In this document: in pieces, positions 11,376 to 22,625 of the stretch
Position numbering within the stretch: the first letter of the stretch is position 1
How the letters are laid out: each line of letters begins with the position of its first letter
Source of the DNA: Chiloscyllium plagiosum
Taxonomy: Eukaryota
Length of the DNA: 44,960 bases
Assembly (NCBI RefSeq): GCF_004010195.1
Contig: NC_057756.1
Span: 7,926,945-7,971,904 of the forward strand
Reading direction: 5' to 3'
Position numbers and translations under genes: made by a program
The notes under the pieces: model-generated
Seen by the model: the letters and a program-made list of their open reading frames with translations, nothing else
Databases searched by the model: none
What the model was told of the DNA's origin: nothing

Positions 11376-13374
11376 AAGGTGTTCAGAAATGGGAAAAACA
11401 GGCCAACTCTCGAGAACCATGCAGAACCTACTCCCGTTACAGGCAATGGGAGTCATTGTCACAGTGGAGGTGAGGAGCCAGCAAGCCTTGCTCTTTTCCT
11501 CAGAGGCCTCCAAAATAATCTTCAAGTTCAGGCTCCATGGAACAGGATGAGATGTGTCCACATTTCTTCTTCCAGAAGGTGCACAAGGAGAGTTCTATGC
11601 TCAACAGCCTGAAAGAGGAAGACAGCTTGGTACCTTCATCTCTGACATCCTGAGGATAAGTAAATGCTTTTATACTAGACTGTATGATATAAAGCCCACT
11701 GACAGCATGGCTTCCCAGTTGTTCCTTTCATCTATCATGGAGGTCTTAGATGACAGCACGTGGGGGAGACTGGACCAGCCATTATCTCTGAATGAGCTGA
11801 CCAAGGCTCTCAAGTCCTCAAGAAAGAATACCAGCCAATTTGCATTCAGCTCTGTGGGACCTGTTGGGCCAGGACCCACTAGAGGTGTACGACAGTGCAC
11901 TTCTGGCAGGTAGCATGTACAAATCCATGAAGAAAGGTTTCATCACCCTCATCTACAAGCAGAAGGAAGAGAGGGTGGAAATTAGAAATTGGTGACTAAT
12001 TTCACTGCTGAATGCAGACTACAAAATCCTATCTAAGGTCATCACCAACTAAGTCAGATCTTTTCTGGGATCAGTGAATCTCCCAGACCAAACTTCACTG
12101 CACTGGGCAGGACAATCTCTGAGAGTCTCGCGCTGCAGAGAGATATGATCACCGACATGCAGGACAGTGGGTGGACATCTGTCTCATCAGCCTCGATGTG
12201 CTCTCCAAAATGGGCTTTGAGGAGGAAATCTACAATTGGATCCAATTGCTCTATGCCAATTTTGTTAATGTGGCCTCAATTAATGGGTGGGAATCAGAAA
12301 GCTTTCTCACTCTATCAGAAAGCCTGCTCACTCTATCCTGCCTTGTTTCTGTGTTGTACAGAGCCCTTCACTGAGTCCATCAGGCAGGATGGAAGCCTAA
12401 GAAGGGTTACTATTCCAGGCAGGGGGGGCGACAGCAGGTTAAAGCCTCCTTGTACATGGATAACATCACAGTTTCCTGCTCGGATCCTCTGTCAGTGCAC
12501 AGACTCCGAGCATCTGAGACCAATTCAAACTGGCCTCAGGAGCCAAGGTAAATTAAGACAAGAGCGAGGCTGTGTTATTGGGGAATGGAATGACTGATCC
12601 TTTATTCCTTTCCCTGGGACAGATTACTTGAAAGTGCTGGGAATATGGTTTGGAGGGGCTGGGGTGTGCTCAAAATCTTGGGAGAAGTGCATCGTCAAGG
12701 TGAAGCAGAAACTGGAGTTTTGGGAGTACTGCTCCCTCTCCATTGTAGGCAAAAACCTGGTCATCAGATATGAGGTACCCTCGCTGTTGTTGTATGTGGA
12801 GCAAGTCTGGACGATTCCCCAAAAGTGGAGGTCGAAGATAGACTGAGTCTGCAGGGACTGCATGCACAAAACTCTAGATAAGGGGATGGGGCAATAATCT
12901 ACCCAACTTCATCATCATCATCCTAATGGCCACTTTTAGTGTGGCTGCATCAAGCTGTGCATAGATCCTTGATAAGCAAATACCAAGTATGACTACATAC
13001 TGAGGTTCTACCTGTCCATGGTATTGCAAAGGATGGAACTGGCCTTGTTGCTGCGGAATGCTCCAAGTCATTAGACTGTTCCATTTCACCTTTACATGGA
13101 GAAATTTGCAAAGAGAAACACCTTTGGCCACAAGTCCATCGGGAAGCGGTCAGCACATAGCATTCTCAAGACCCTGCGGGAAAAGGAGAGGGTGGAACCT
13201 GTCACATGATTCTCTCAGCAGACTGTCAAAGTCCTTTGGCGGAATGCCTCATCACCAGAACATTTCAATTAGTACCAAGACATCGTTTGGCTGGGGGAGG
13301 GTGGGGGGTGGCGGCAGGGGCTCCAAAAGAGCGAAGACAATTTCAGCTTTCGTGATACAAAATGGACAGTTTAG

Positions 13375-13830
13375 CACTCCCTGAGCAATGACCCCTCCAA
13401 CAGTGTGGTACTCCCTCAGTACTGACCCTCTGACAATAAGGCACTCCCTCACCAATGACCCCTCCAACAGTGCAGCACTGACCCTCAGCACTGACCCTCT
13501 AGCAATGTGGCACTTCCTCAGTACTGACCCTCCAACAGTGTCGTGCTCCCTCAGTACTGAACCTCTGACAATACTGCACTCCCTAGTGCTGACCATCTGA
13601 CAGTATGGTGCTCCCTCAGCACTGACTCTCAGACAGCGCAGCTCTCCCTAACTAATAACAGTCCCAAAGTGTGGCACTGCCCCAGTGCTGACCTTCCAAC
13701 AGTGCAGCACGCCCTCAGTACTGACTCTCCCACAGCTTAGCACCTTGTGATGAAACCAGTTTGGAGTTCATATCTCCAGCACAGAGACCTGAACTCACAA
13801 CCTTCAGTCTGAGAAGCATGACCCATATCC
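13375..13830 (-). repeat. 33-bp minisatellite array (13375-13740) attached to a SINE-like head (13770-13830)
   Basis: Tandem 33-mers; minus strand upstream reads TCTCAGACTGAAGGTTGTGAGTTCAGGTC (box-B-like). Confidence 0.85.
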
Positions 13831-13868
13831 CCTTGGACGAAGGGACTGTCAGAGGGGCTGGGGTTTAC

Positions 13869-14200
13869 CTAGAACCTGTAGATGAACTATTTCTTTGAAG
13901 GTGTGATTTTGAATCCCTCCACATCAACATAAAAGTAACGGTTGTCACTGTCCTCGAGTCTGAGTTTGTAAAATTTCAAGAAACAATCCTTTTCCTCTAA
14001 GTCTATAATTATATCTGTGCATTAAACATAGGACATCCTATAATTGGGATCTTTGTTGTAGGCAACAGTGTATTTCCAGTAATACTAGTACTTAAACAAA
14101 GCTCCCTGCATGGCCTTGTAAGAGTGGGACAGAAAGTCGAAGGTACAGGGTACAGCCCTTCGAGCTGCAATTGTCATTGACCATTCTTCTGTCGCCATAT
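13869..14200 (-). pseudogene. Siglec-like V-set pseudo-exon
   Basis: Acceptor CTCTCTCACACACACACTCAG|AT, donor CTAG|GTAAAC, phase 1-1; MATEEWSMTIAARRAVPCTFDF...GALFKY*...V*...DLEEKDCFLKFYKLRLEDSDNRYFYVDVEG(fs)HTFKEIVHLQVL; two stops and one frameshift. Confidence 0.82.
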
Positions 14201-14339
14201 CTGAGTGTGTGTGTGAGAGAGAAATAGAGAGAGGTACAGGGCATTATACAGCCAAATATGATTGAATTAGGAGACTGAGTACAGAGGAGGCTGGCTGACA
14301 TTTAACATGGATAACAGCACATTAGTGCGAATGAACATC

Positions 14340-14890
14340 TGAATCTGGAACAGAAGTTGGCCATTCAGCCCTTTGTTTGTGTTCCACCATTCAATAAGGT
14401 CATGCCTGAAATGTTTATGTTTAGAATTCCACATTCTCATCTATCCCCAATAACCGCTGATTCCCCAGCCCAACAAGAATCTATCCCACCTTAAAAATAT
14501 TCACAGTTCTCACCTCCACCACCTTCTCAGGCAATGAGTCCCAAAGTCACACACACTCTGTTTTAAAAAGGCAACCTGTAATTTTAACAGAGGCATAAAA
14601 GTGGATACATTTCCAAGACTTGATGTAGTGTATCCAGCATGCTGTGGGAGGTTAGGGGGGAAATTGTGGTGCTCCTTTCAGAAAACTTGTATCATCTATA
14701 GCTACAGGTGAGGTACTGGATGACTGGAGAGTGGCTAATGATGTGCCATTGTTTAAGCAAGGCTGCAAGGAGAAGCTTGGGAACTATGGACCTGTGGGTG
14801 GTGGCTAAGTTGTTGGAGGTGATTCTGAAAGATAGGATTTAGACCCATTTGGAGAGGCAAGGAATGATTAGGGACAGTCAGCACGGTCCT
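14340..14890. mobile_element. Two CR1 fragments (3' end on minus ~14340-14580; RT part on plus ~14590-14890)
   Basis: Plus strand reads ATGEVLDDWRVAN.VPLFKQG...K.GNY.P; minus strand carries a tail-type sequence. Confidence 0.7.
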
Positions 14891-15778
14891 TCTGACTACC
14901 TGTGTCCAACTTGCTTTGTCTCCTGTTCTCCTTTCATTTTGCTCTCTTTCTCTCTCTTGCTCCTTCTGCATCAGCTTTTCTCAAAGGCAGATTAGACCAG
15001 GTTCAGACTTGACTTTAGGGCTCAGGCTAAGATTCTCCAGTATCAAGAAGGAATGCTGTATTGTCAAAGATTCAGTAATGAGGCAGTGCCGCACTATTGC
15101 ACAATCAGTACTGAAGGAGTGCCACACGGTCAGAGGGTCGCTAATGAGAGAGCGTCGCATTATTGGAGGATCGATACGGAGGACGTGAAGCATTGTTGGA
15201 GGCTCGGTTCTCAGCGAGTGTGGTATTCTCAGATGAGGAGTAATGAGGCTGTGCCGCAATATCGGAGGATCAGTGCTAAATAAATGCCACACTGTTGGAG
15301 TGTCAGTGCCGAAGGAGTGCCACACTGTCGGAGGGTCAGTACTGAGGGAGTGCCGCACTGTCAGAGGGCCAGTAATGAGGGAACACCGCACTGTCGGAGG
15401 GTCAGTGCTGAAGGAGTGTTGTACTGTTGGAGGGTCAGTGCTAAATGAATGCCACACTGTTGGAGCATCAGTGCTGAAGGAGTGCCGCATTGTTGGAGGA
15501 TCAGTGCTGAGGGAGTGCTGCACTGTAGGAGGGTGGGTAATCAGATAGTGCAGCATTCTCAGAAGGTCAGCAATGAGGACATGCTGCATATTCAGAGGGT
15601 GAGTACTGATACACTACCTCCTTGTCGATATAATTAATAACTTGAATACTGTTCTCAGATTAGTTTCTCCACAAATGGGCAGAGGTTTCATTTCATGAGA
15701 AACCGACTGGTGAAATCACTATCTTTAAATAATGTGGGCTTAATTGAGGAAGGTGCTGTTTTTGGAAACATTACTTTT

Positions 15779-15824
15779 GCTGGAGCAGTGCAGCTGGTAG
15801 AATTAAAGGCAATTTCTGCATCAT
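15779..15824 (-). pseudogene. Putative signal-peptide exon relic, copy A
   Basis: ATG..: MMQKLPLILPAALLQ + 1 nt, then AAAAGTAATG (decayed GTAAGT donor); lies 1.6 kb upstream of the phase-1 V pseudo-exon. Confidence 0.55.
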
Positions 15825-17148
15825 GATTTGCACGTGCCTGTTTGTGACATGAGTGAGAATTGCTCAGCAGTTACTGACAAAATTATTTTGTTGCCAATAT
15901 TACACAGTCAGCAACCAGCCATCCTCAACTGATCTAACCACTTTGGTAACATCGTCTCCTCCTTCACTTTCTCCTGCACAGCGGAAACACCCAAGGCCTG
16001 GGATCAATGCTGGGAACAGTGCAATTCTTTCACTTGCTGAGCTCAGACCCTCTGGGGGCAGATAACACAGGATGTTGCTCCACCTGACTCTATTTCCTCA
16101 GAGCTCAGGCTAAGATTCTCCAAAAAAGGCAATTAGGGCCAGGCAGTACACACTACTGTTCACCAGGAAATAAACTTTATTAAAAAATTATTCTCGGCAG
16201 AGACACATTTACAGAAGATCAGTACTGAGGGAGTGCCGCACTGTTGGAGAATCGGTACTGAGTGAGTGCCGCACTGTCAGAGGGTCAGTTTTGAGAGAGT
16301 GCTGCACTGTCGGAGCGTCTGTGCTAAAGGAGTGCTACACTGTGAGAGGGTCAGTGCTGAGGGACTGCTGCACTGCTGGATGGTCAGTGGTGAAGGAGTG
16401 ATATACTGTTTGAGGGTTGTCACTGAGAGAGTATCGCACTGTTGGAGGGTCAGTCCTGAAGGGGTATCGCACTGTTGGAGGGTCAGTCCTGAGGGGGTAT
16501 TGCACTTTCGGAGGTCAGTGCTGAGGGACTGCTGCACTGTGAGACGGTGTACTGAGAGAGTGCGACACTGGCAGAAGGTCAGTACTGAGGGAGCGCTGCA
16601 CTGTTTGAGGTTCAGTACTGAGGGAGTGCCACATTGTTGGAAAGTCAGTATTGAGAGAGTGCAACAGTGTCCGCAGCACTGTCAGAGGGTCAGTGCTGAG
16701 GGAGCGCCAAACTGTCAGAGGTTCAACACTGAGGGAGTGCTGCACTGTTGAATGGTCAGTACAGGAATTGCTGCACTGTCAGAGGGTCCATACTGAGGGA
16801 GCGCCGCACTATCAGAACATCAGTACTCAGGGAGTGCTGCATTGTGACAGGGCAGTATTGAGTGAGCACTGCACTGTCAGAGGATCAGTGCTGAGGGAGT
16901 TGTACTGTCAGAGAGTAAGTACTCAGGGAATGCAGCATTCTCAGAGGGTCAGTAATGAGGGCATGCTGCATATTTGGAGGGTGAGAACTGAGGGGCTGTC
17001 TCCTTGTCTATATAATTAATAACTTGAATACAGCTCTCAGAGTAGTTTCTCCAGAAATGGGTGGAGGTTTCATCTCGTGATGAAGTCACTATTTTTAAAT
17101 AATGTGGGCTCGATTGAGGAAAGTGCTGTTTTTGGAGACATCACTTTC

Positions 17149-17196
17149 GACGGAGCAGTGCAGCTAGTAAAATTGAAGTGATTTCTGCGATTTGTG
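17149..17196 (-). pseudogene. Putative signal-peptide exon relic, copy B (no ATG, indels)
   Basis: ..SILLAALLR + 1 nt | GAAAGT. Confidence 0.45.
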
Positions 17197-18422
17197 ATTT
17201 TAATGTACCTGTTAGTGATCTGACTGAGAATTGCTCAGCAATCACTAACGAACTTCAATATTACACAGTCAGCAACCAGCCATCCTCATCCGATCTAACC
17301 TTCTTGGTAACATTGCCTCCTTCATCACTTTCTCCTGCACAGCGGTAACTTCCGAGGCATGGGATCAATACTAGGAACAATACAATTATTTCACTTGCTG
17401 AGCTCAGACCCTCTAGAGGCAGATTACATAGGATATTGTTTCACCCCTCTCCATTTCCACTTAACTGAACCCAGAAAAGACAATTATGGACAGGCAGGAC
17501 ACACTACTGTTCACCAGGAACTAAACTTTATTAAACATTTATTCAAGGGAGGGACACATTTATGGAAGATCAGTACTGAGAGAGTGCCGCACTGTCAGAG
17601 GGTCGGTTTTGCGGGAGTGCTACACTGTTGGTGGGTCAGCGCTGAGGGACTGCTGCGCTGTCAGATGGTCAGTAGTGAGGCAGGGATACACTGTCGGAGG
17701 GTTAGTACTGAGGGACTGCTGCACTGCCAGAAGGTCAGCAGTCAGGGAGTGCTGCACTGTTAGAGATTCAGTACTGACGGAGTGCCATATTGTCAGAGAG
17801 AGTGCATCAGTGTCAGAGGCTCAGTACTGAGAGAGTTCTGTACTGTACTGGGTCAGTACACAGAGATTGCTACACTGTCGGAGGGTGAATGTTGAGGGAG
17901 TGCCGCACTGTCAGAGGGTCAGTGCTGAGGGAGTGCTGCACTGTCAGAGGGTCAGTACTGAGGGAGTGCTGCACTCTCAGAGGGTCAGTACAGAGGGAGT
18001 GCTGCACTCTCAGAGGGTCATTATTGAGGGAGTGCTGAAATCTCACAGAGAGACCAAACTGAGGGAATGCTGCACTATCAGAAAGTCAGGGAGTGCTGCA
18101 TTGTGACAGGGTCAGCACTAAGTGAGCACCGCACTGTCGGAGGATGAATGCTGAGGGAGTGCTGCACTGTCGGAGGGTAGTTACTCAGGGAGTGCAGTAT
18201 TCTCAGAGGGTCAGTAATGAGGGCATGCTGCATATTTGGAGAATGAATTCTGAGGGGCTGTCTCCTTGTCGATATAATTAATAACTTGAATACAGCTCTC
18301 AGAGTAGTTTCTCCAGAAATGGGTGAAGGTTTCATCTCGTGAGGAGCCAACTGATGTAATCGCTATTTTTAAATAACGTGGTCTCGATTGAGGAAGGTGC
18401 TGTTTTGGGAGACATTACTTTC

Positions 18423-18468
18423 AATGGAGCAATGCAGCTGGTAGAATTGAAAGGGACTTCTGAATCGT
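18423..18468 (-). pseudogene. Putative signal-peptide exon relic, copy C (ATG>ACG)
   Basis: (T)IQKSLSILPAALLH + 1 nt | GAAAGTAATGTC; resembles the intact leader MIGKSYFLLLLLQ. Confidence 0.5.
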
Positions 18469-19319
18469 GATTTGAACGTGCCTGTTAGTGACAGTGACTG
18501 ACAGCCGCTCAGTAGTCACTGAAGAACTTCATCTTGTTCACAATATTACACAATTAGCAACCAGCCATCCACACCCAATCTAACCTCCTTGGTAAACATC
18601 TCCCCCTCCTTCACTTTCTCCTGCAACCTCCAAGGCCCAGAATCAATACCGGGAACAATACAATTCTCTCAGTTGCTGAGCTCAGACCCTCTGGAGGCAA
18701 ATAACACAAGATATTGCTCCATCTGACCCCAGTTCCACTGTCACATGGTTGAGACTTAACTGTCCCCAGAAAAGGCAATTAGGGATGGACAGCGCACACC
18801 GCTACTCACCAGGAACAAAAGATTATTAAACAATTATTCAAGGGAGGGCCGGACCTGTCGAAGATCAGTACTGAAGAAATGCCGCACTGTCAGACTGTCA
18901 GCACTGAGGGAATGCTGCACATTCAGAGTCTCAGTGCGCAAGGAACGCTGCACTGTCGGAAGGTCAGTATTGAGACAATGCTACACTATCGGAGGGTCAG
19001 TATAGAGGGAGTGCCACACTGTGGGAGGGTCAGTACTGAGGGAGTGCATCAGTGTCAGAAGTTCAGTACTGATGGGGTTTTGTACTGTCTGAGGGTTAGT
19101 ACTGAAGGAATGTGGCACTGTCAAAAAGTCAGTACAGCACTGTCAGAGGGTCATACTGAGGGGATGCCATGATGAAATGTTACATTAATAAAATGATTAA
19201 AACAGCACATGGCTCCCTTCTGTTTGAACCTGATCAATTGAGGCGAGTGCAGAGGGACATTGCTGCACCATTAGAAATGGATGGTTCAGGCTCGAGTCCA
19301 GTAATGACTTGAGTTCCCA

Positions 19320-20240
19320 ATCGCTGAAGCAAAGATGCAAAGACTCTGAAAATGGTGCAGGGGAGGTTGGCCAGAATGATTCATGGGAGCAGGAGTTTTA
19401 GTGACAGGGCTCAGTTGGAGAAGCTGAGGCTGTTCCCCTCACAGTAAAAGAGATTGAGGCAGTCTGGCCAAGGTGCAGCAGATGTGGACAGGTTTAGATA
19501 ATGAAGACAAAGGAAAACTGTTCCCCTTCACTGATAATACAAAGATCAGGAGAGACAAATTGAGGATTCTGAGGCAGATATACAGAGCGGGGAATGTGAG
19601 AAAAGACAGGAGTTTAGAAGAATGAAGTGGGTTGGGAGGGAGGGATATCAAACAAAATTATAAAATTATGACAGGACCAGACAGGGTAAATACAGGAAGG
19701 ATGTTCCTAATGACCAGGGTAATTCACAATCAGGAGGTGACAACCTAAGCATACAGAGTAAGCAATTTAGGACTGAAATGAGGAGAAATGTCTTTACCCA
19801 CAGAGTGGGGAGCCTGTGGAATTCTCTGCCACAGCAGTGGTTGCGGCCAAAACATTGAATATTTCCACAAAAGAGTTAGGTTGGTAATAAGGGCTAAAGG
19901 GATCAAAAGGACTGGGAGAGAAAGAGGAGAACAGGGGAGTGTGAGCTGGATGATCAGCCATGATATATTCAATAGTGGAGCAGGTTTGAAAGGCTGAATG
20001 GCCCACATTTGCTCCTGTTTTCTATGTTTCAAAGAGCAGTAATAATCTGGAACTCACTGCCTACAAAGTCAGGTGGAAGGGGTTATAGTCAGTGATTCCA
20101 AAAGTAAATCAGATGGACATTTGAGAGAAATAAACTCATAGAATGATGGGAAAACAGCAGGAGAATGGGACGAACAAGATTGCTCTACAGAGCAAGCCAG
20201 CACAGAGTGGATGGGCTGAAAGTCATTGAGCTTTTATGAG
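19320..20240 (+). mobile_element. Nested CR1 3' fragments
   Basis: KLRLF, FRTEMRRNVFT.RV...WNSLPQ motifs; two tails of the GGGCTGAATGGCC type. Confidence 0.75.
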
Positions 20241-20322
20241 TCCGGATTCTGATGCAAAACCATTGAACCAACCCCAACACCTTTCCAACGGATGCTAATA
20301 TCTGGCTCTTTCCATTTTACAG

Positions 20323-20610
20323 ATGCTCCTGACTGTCCTGATATAGTTACTCCCGAGGGATTTATGGGAAGGGACATTGGCATATATCATCTGTAAAGCT
20401 CTCCACACCTGCCCTAATAACCGTCCCAAACTGACCTGGAGTCAACTGCCATTTTTCTCAGTCAGTGGCACCAAACAGCACAGGGGCAAAATTTCCAGTG
20501 CTGACCTTTAACCCTTGTCACAAGTACCACTGTCAAACTGTCCACTGTATATGTGTCTGCACTCAAACCAACCATCAAGTGTTCAACTCGGGTCACCTTG
20601 AGTGTGAATT
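20323..20610 (+). pseudogene. Siglec domain-2 (C2-type Ig) pseudo-exon
   Basis: Acceptor CTCTTTCCATTTTACAG|AT, donor AATT|GTAAAT; DAPDCPDIVTPEGFM(fs)EGTLAYIICKALHTCPNNRPKLTWS...(fs)VLTFNPCHKYHCQTVHC..(fs)..RVTLSVN; three frameshifts needed. Confidence 0.82.
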
Positions 20611-20959
20611 GTAAATTATTGGTAATGCATTGCTCCTGCAAATGTGATGGTGTCGGTCTTGTACTAAATCAGATATTGGAGAAAGTGCAAATAGAATTTA
20701 CAAAGGATGATCACAGAGGTGAGAAGCTATAATGATCAGGAGAGACAGAACAGTCTGAGGCTTTTTTCTCTTGAAAAGAGGAAGATGAAGGATGACAAGA
20801 TTGAGGTCTTTAATATTCTGAAAGGATTTTAAATAAGGAAGATGTAGAGAAGATGTTTCCACTTGTGGGAGGAGGGGGAGACCAGAACAAGGGGTCATCG
20901 GTAGAAGGCAGTCCCTCATAAATCCAACAGGGAATTCAGGAGAAACTGGGCAGAAGGTT

Positions 20960-21305
20960 AAATATGGGGCTCCCTCTCACGGGGAATGGAGGGGAGGAAT
21001 GTGAGCCTTGCTCCCCACAGGAAATGGGGGGAATGTGGGACTCGCTTCCACAGGGAGTTGGGGAGGTGGTGAATGTGGGACTTGCTCTCACAGGGAATGT
21101 GGGACATACCCCCATAGGAAGTGGGGTAGGAATATGGGACCCATTTCCACAGGGAGTGAGGGGAGAATTTGGGGCTTGGTCCCACAGGGAGTTGGGGGAC
21201 GGGGAGAATGGGGACTTGCTCTCACAGGGAGTGAGGGAGAATGTTGGACTCGCTCTGACAAGAGTCGGGGAAAATGTGGGACTTGCTCTTATGGGGAGTG
21301 TTGGG
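20960..21305 (+). repeat. G-rich degenerate minisatellite inside a CR1 3' fragment (~20660-21530)
   Basis: Recurring GAATGTGGGACT(C/T)GCTCTCACAGGGAG units of variable length. Confidence 0.8.
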
Positions 21306-22339
21306 CTGAATCGTGTTGACGTATTTAAGTGGGTGAAGTTGGGTCAGCAGCCGAGGGAGAAATAGAGAGACGGTGATGGTGGGGGGGGGGGGTCAGGGTG
21401 GGGAGGGGGAGTGCAGATGCAGAGAGGGCTGGTGTGGGCAGAAACACTGCCTTGGAGTGGAGGGGGATGTTCCTGTATTGTAGTTTTGCTGTAATTCTGT
21501 GTAAAAGTATCTGTGGGTCAGGGACCAGCACAATTTATACAGATAGTAAACTTGCAGTTGTCTGTAGCTCATAGTTATTTTCAATTGCCATCCATATTTG
21601 GTAGTTAAACATTACTCCCTTGCATAGTCATTTACAGAATGTGGGTATCACTGGCTGGGCAAACCATGTTCCACAGATTTCTAACTTTCACATCACTACC
21701 ACAACTTGCTGAGGGAAAACTATACCTTGAAAATGAAAAGTCATAAACTTATGTGAAAATAGCTTTGAAACTTCGACAGCTGTGCACAGTTTTGCTAACC
21801 TTATTTAAAGGATACAGAGGGGGTGAGAGGACACATTTAAAATAGTTAAAAGCACAATACCAGCTCTGTGAGGTAGTGATGAATATGAAGTAAATAAAGG
21901 TTTGCAATGTTTTAACATGTTTTAATAAAGTCAGTTTGCAAATTCACTTTCCAGAAAGAGGATAGCGTGAGATCATTATGTTAGAGAACTACCAACACAG
22001 TCTTTCATAGCAAAACAACTCCCCTTAACTTTCTTGGAAAATGCTTCACATTTTCACTTGGATAAGCCAAGAAATGAAAGACCTTGGGAGGTGTATACCA
22101 GTACTGGGATTACATTGACAGAAAATGCTATTTTGCACTTTGTAAGTAAACATAGGAAAAATATAACAAGGACAAAATGAAAAAATACCACAAGTAAGCG
22201 AGAGCAAAGATGATTGAAACCAACCACAGGTCCTGTAAAGATACAGAATTTGCCATTGGTGATATTGTTATAACAAAATCTGCAGTAGTGAGAAAACTAT
22301 TTTGTTCAAATAGGAAAGTACTCTGTTAAGATACTTTCA

Positions 22340-22625
22340 CTTACCTCATCCTTGTCATTAATATATGCTATCAATAATTATGACTTCAGCATGGACCCTT
22401 GTAGGACACCAGTAGTTGAAGATTGCCATTCTGAAAAAGCACCCATCATTCTAACATTTTGTCTTCTAATAATTAGCCCAACCTCTATCCATGTTCATGT
22501 ACAACCTCCAACATGTGGGCTCTTTCCTGTTAAGTAGCATGACATTTTGTGACATGCCTTCTGAAAATTTCAACACATTCCATCCCCTGTTTCACCTTTT
22601 CTATCCTGCTTGATACCTCCTGAGA
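22340..22625 (-). mobile_element. CR1 RT fragment
   Basis: Minus strand resembles FQKA.., FSEW.....GV.QGSML...I.YIND.DE. Confidence 0.6.

Larger units (their letters stand above)
9990..13295 (+). mobile_element. Tx1-clade (L1 group) non-LTR retrotransposon, decayed; ORF2 remnant from ~10649
   Basis: APE motifs DLLFLQEC, GPSIW.G.ND..SSGLGILL, LIN.YAP; linker EQDE.C..FFFQKVHKESS; RT KGFITLIYKQK.ER.EIRNW..ISLLNADYKILSKV, LYMD, YLKVLGIWFGG; many stops and frameshifts. Confidence 0.88.
15040..19170. repeat. Tandem triplication: three ~600-bp cassettes separated by plus-orientation 33-bp arrays
   Basis: Anchor TATAATTAATAACTTGAATAC recurs at ~15628, ~17012 and ~18273 (periods ~1.38 and ~1.26 kb); arrays at 15040-15610, 16217-16990, 17568-18250 and 18863-19170. 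Confidence 0.95.

Noticed and set aside
15960-16060. Plus-strand acceptor CACTTTCTCCTGCACAG followed by ATG (MLGTVQFFHLL)
   Set aside because: The acceptor is deleted in copy C, the ATG is not conserved and there is no donor; the minus-strand leader reading fits better.
9490-19170. CRISPR-like appearance of the 33-bp arrays
   Set aside because: Units are head-to-tail without unique spacers, the context is vertebrate, and there are no cas genes.
14981-19172. Cys/His-rich repetitive ORFs resembling zinc-finger or keratin-associated proteins
   Set aside because: They are translations of the 33-bp minisatellite, open in several frames on both strands, with no C2H2 spacing or splice structure.
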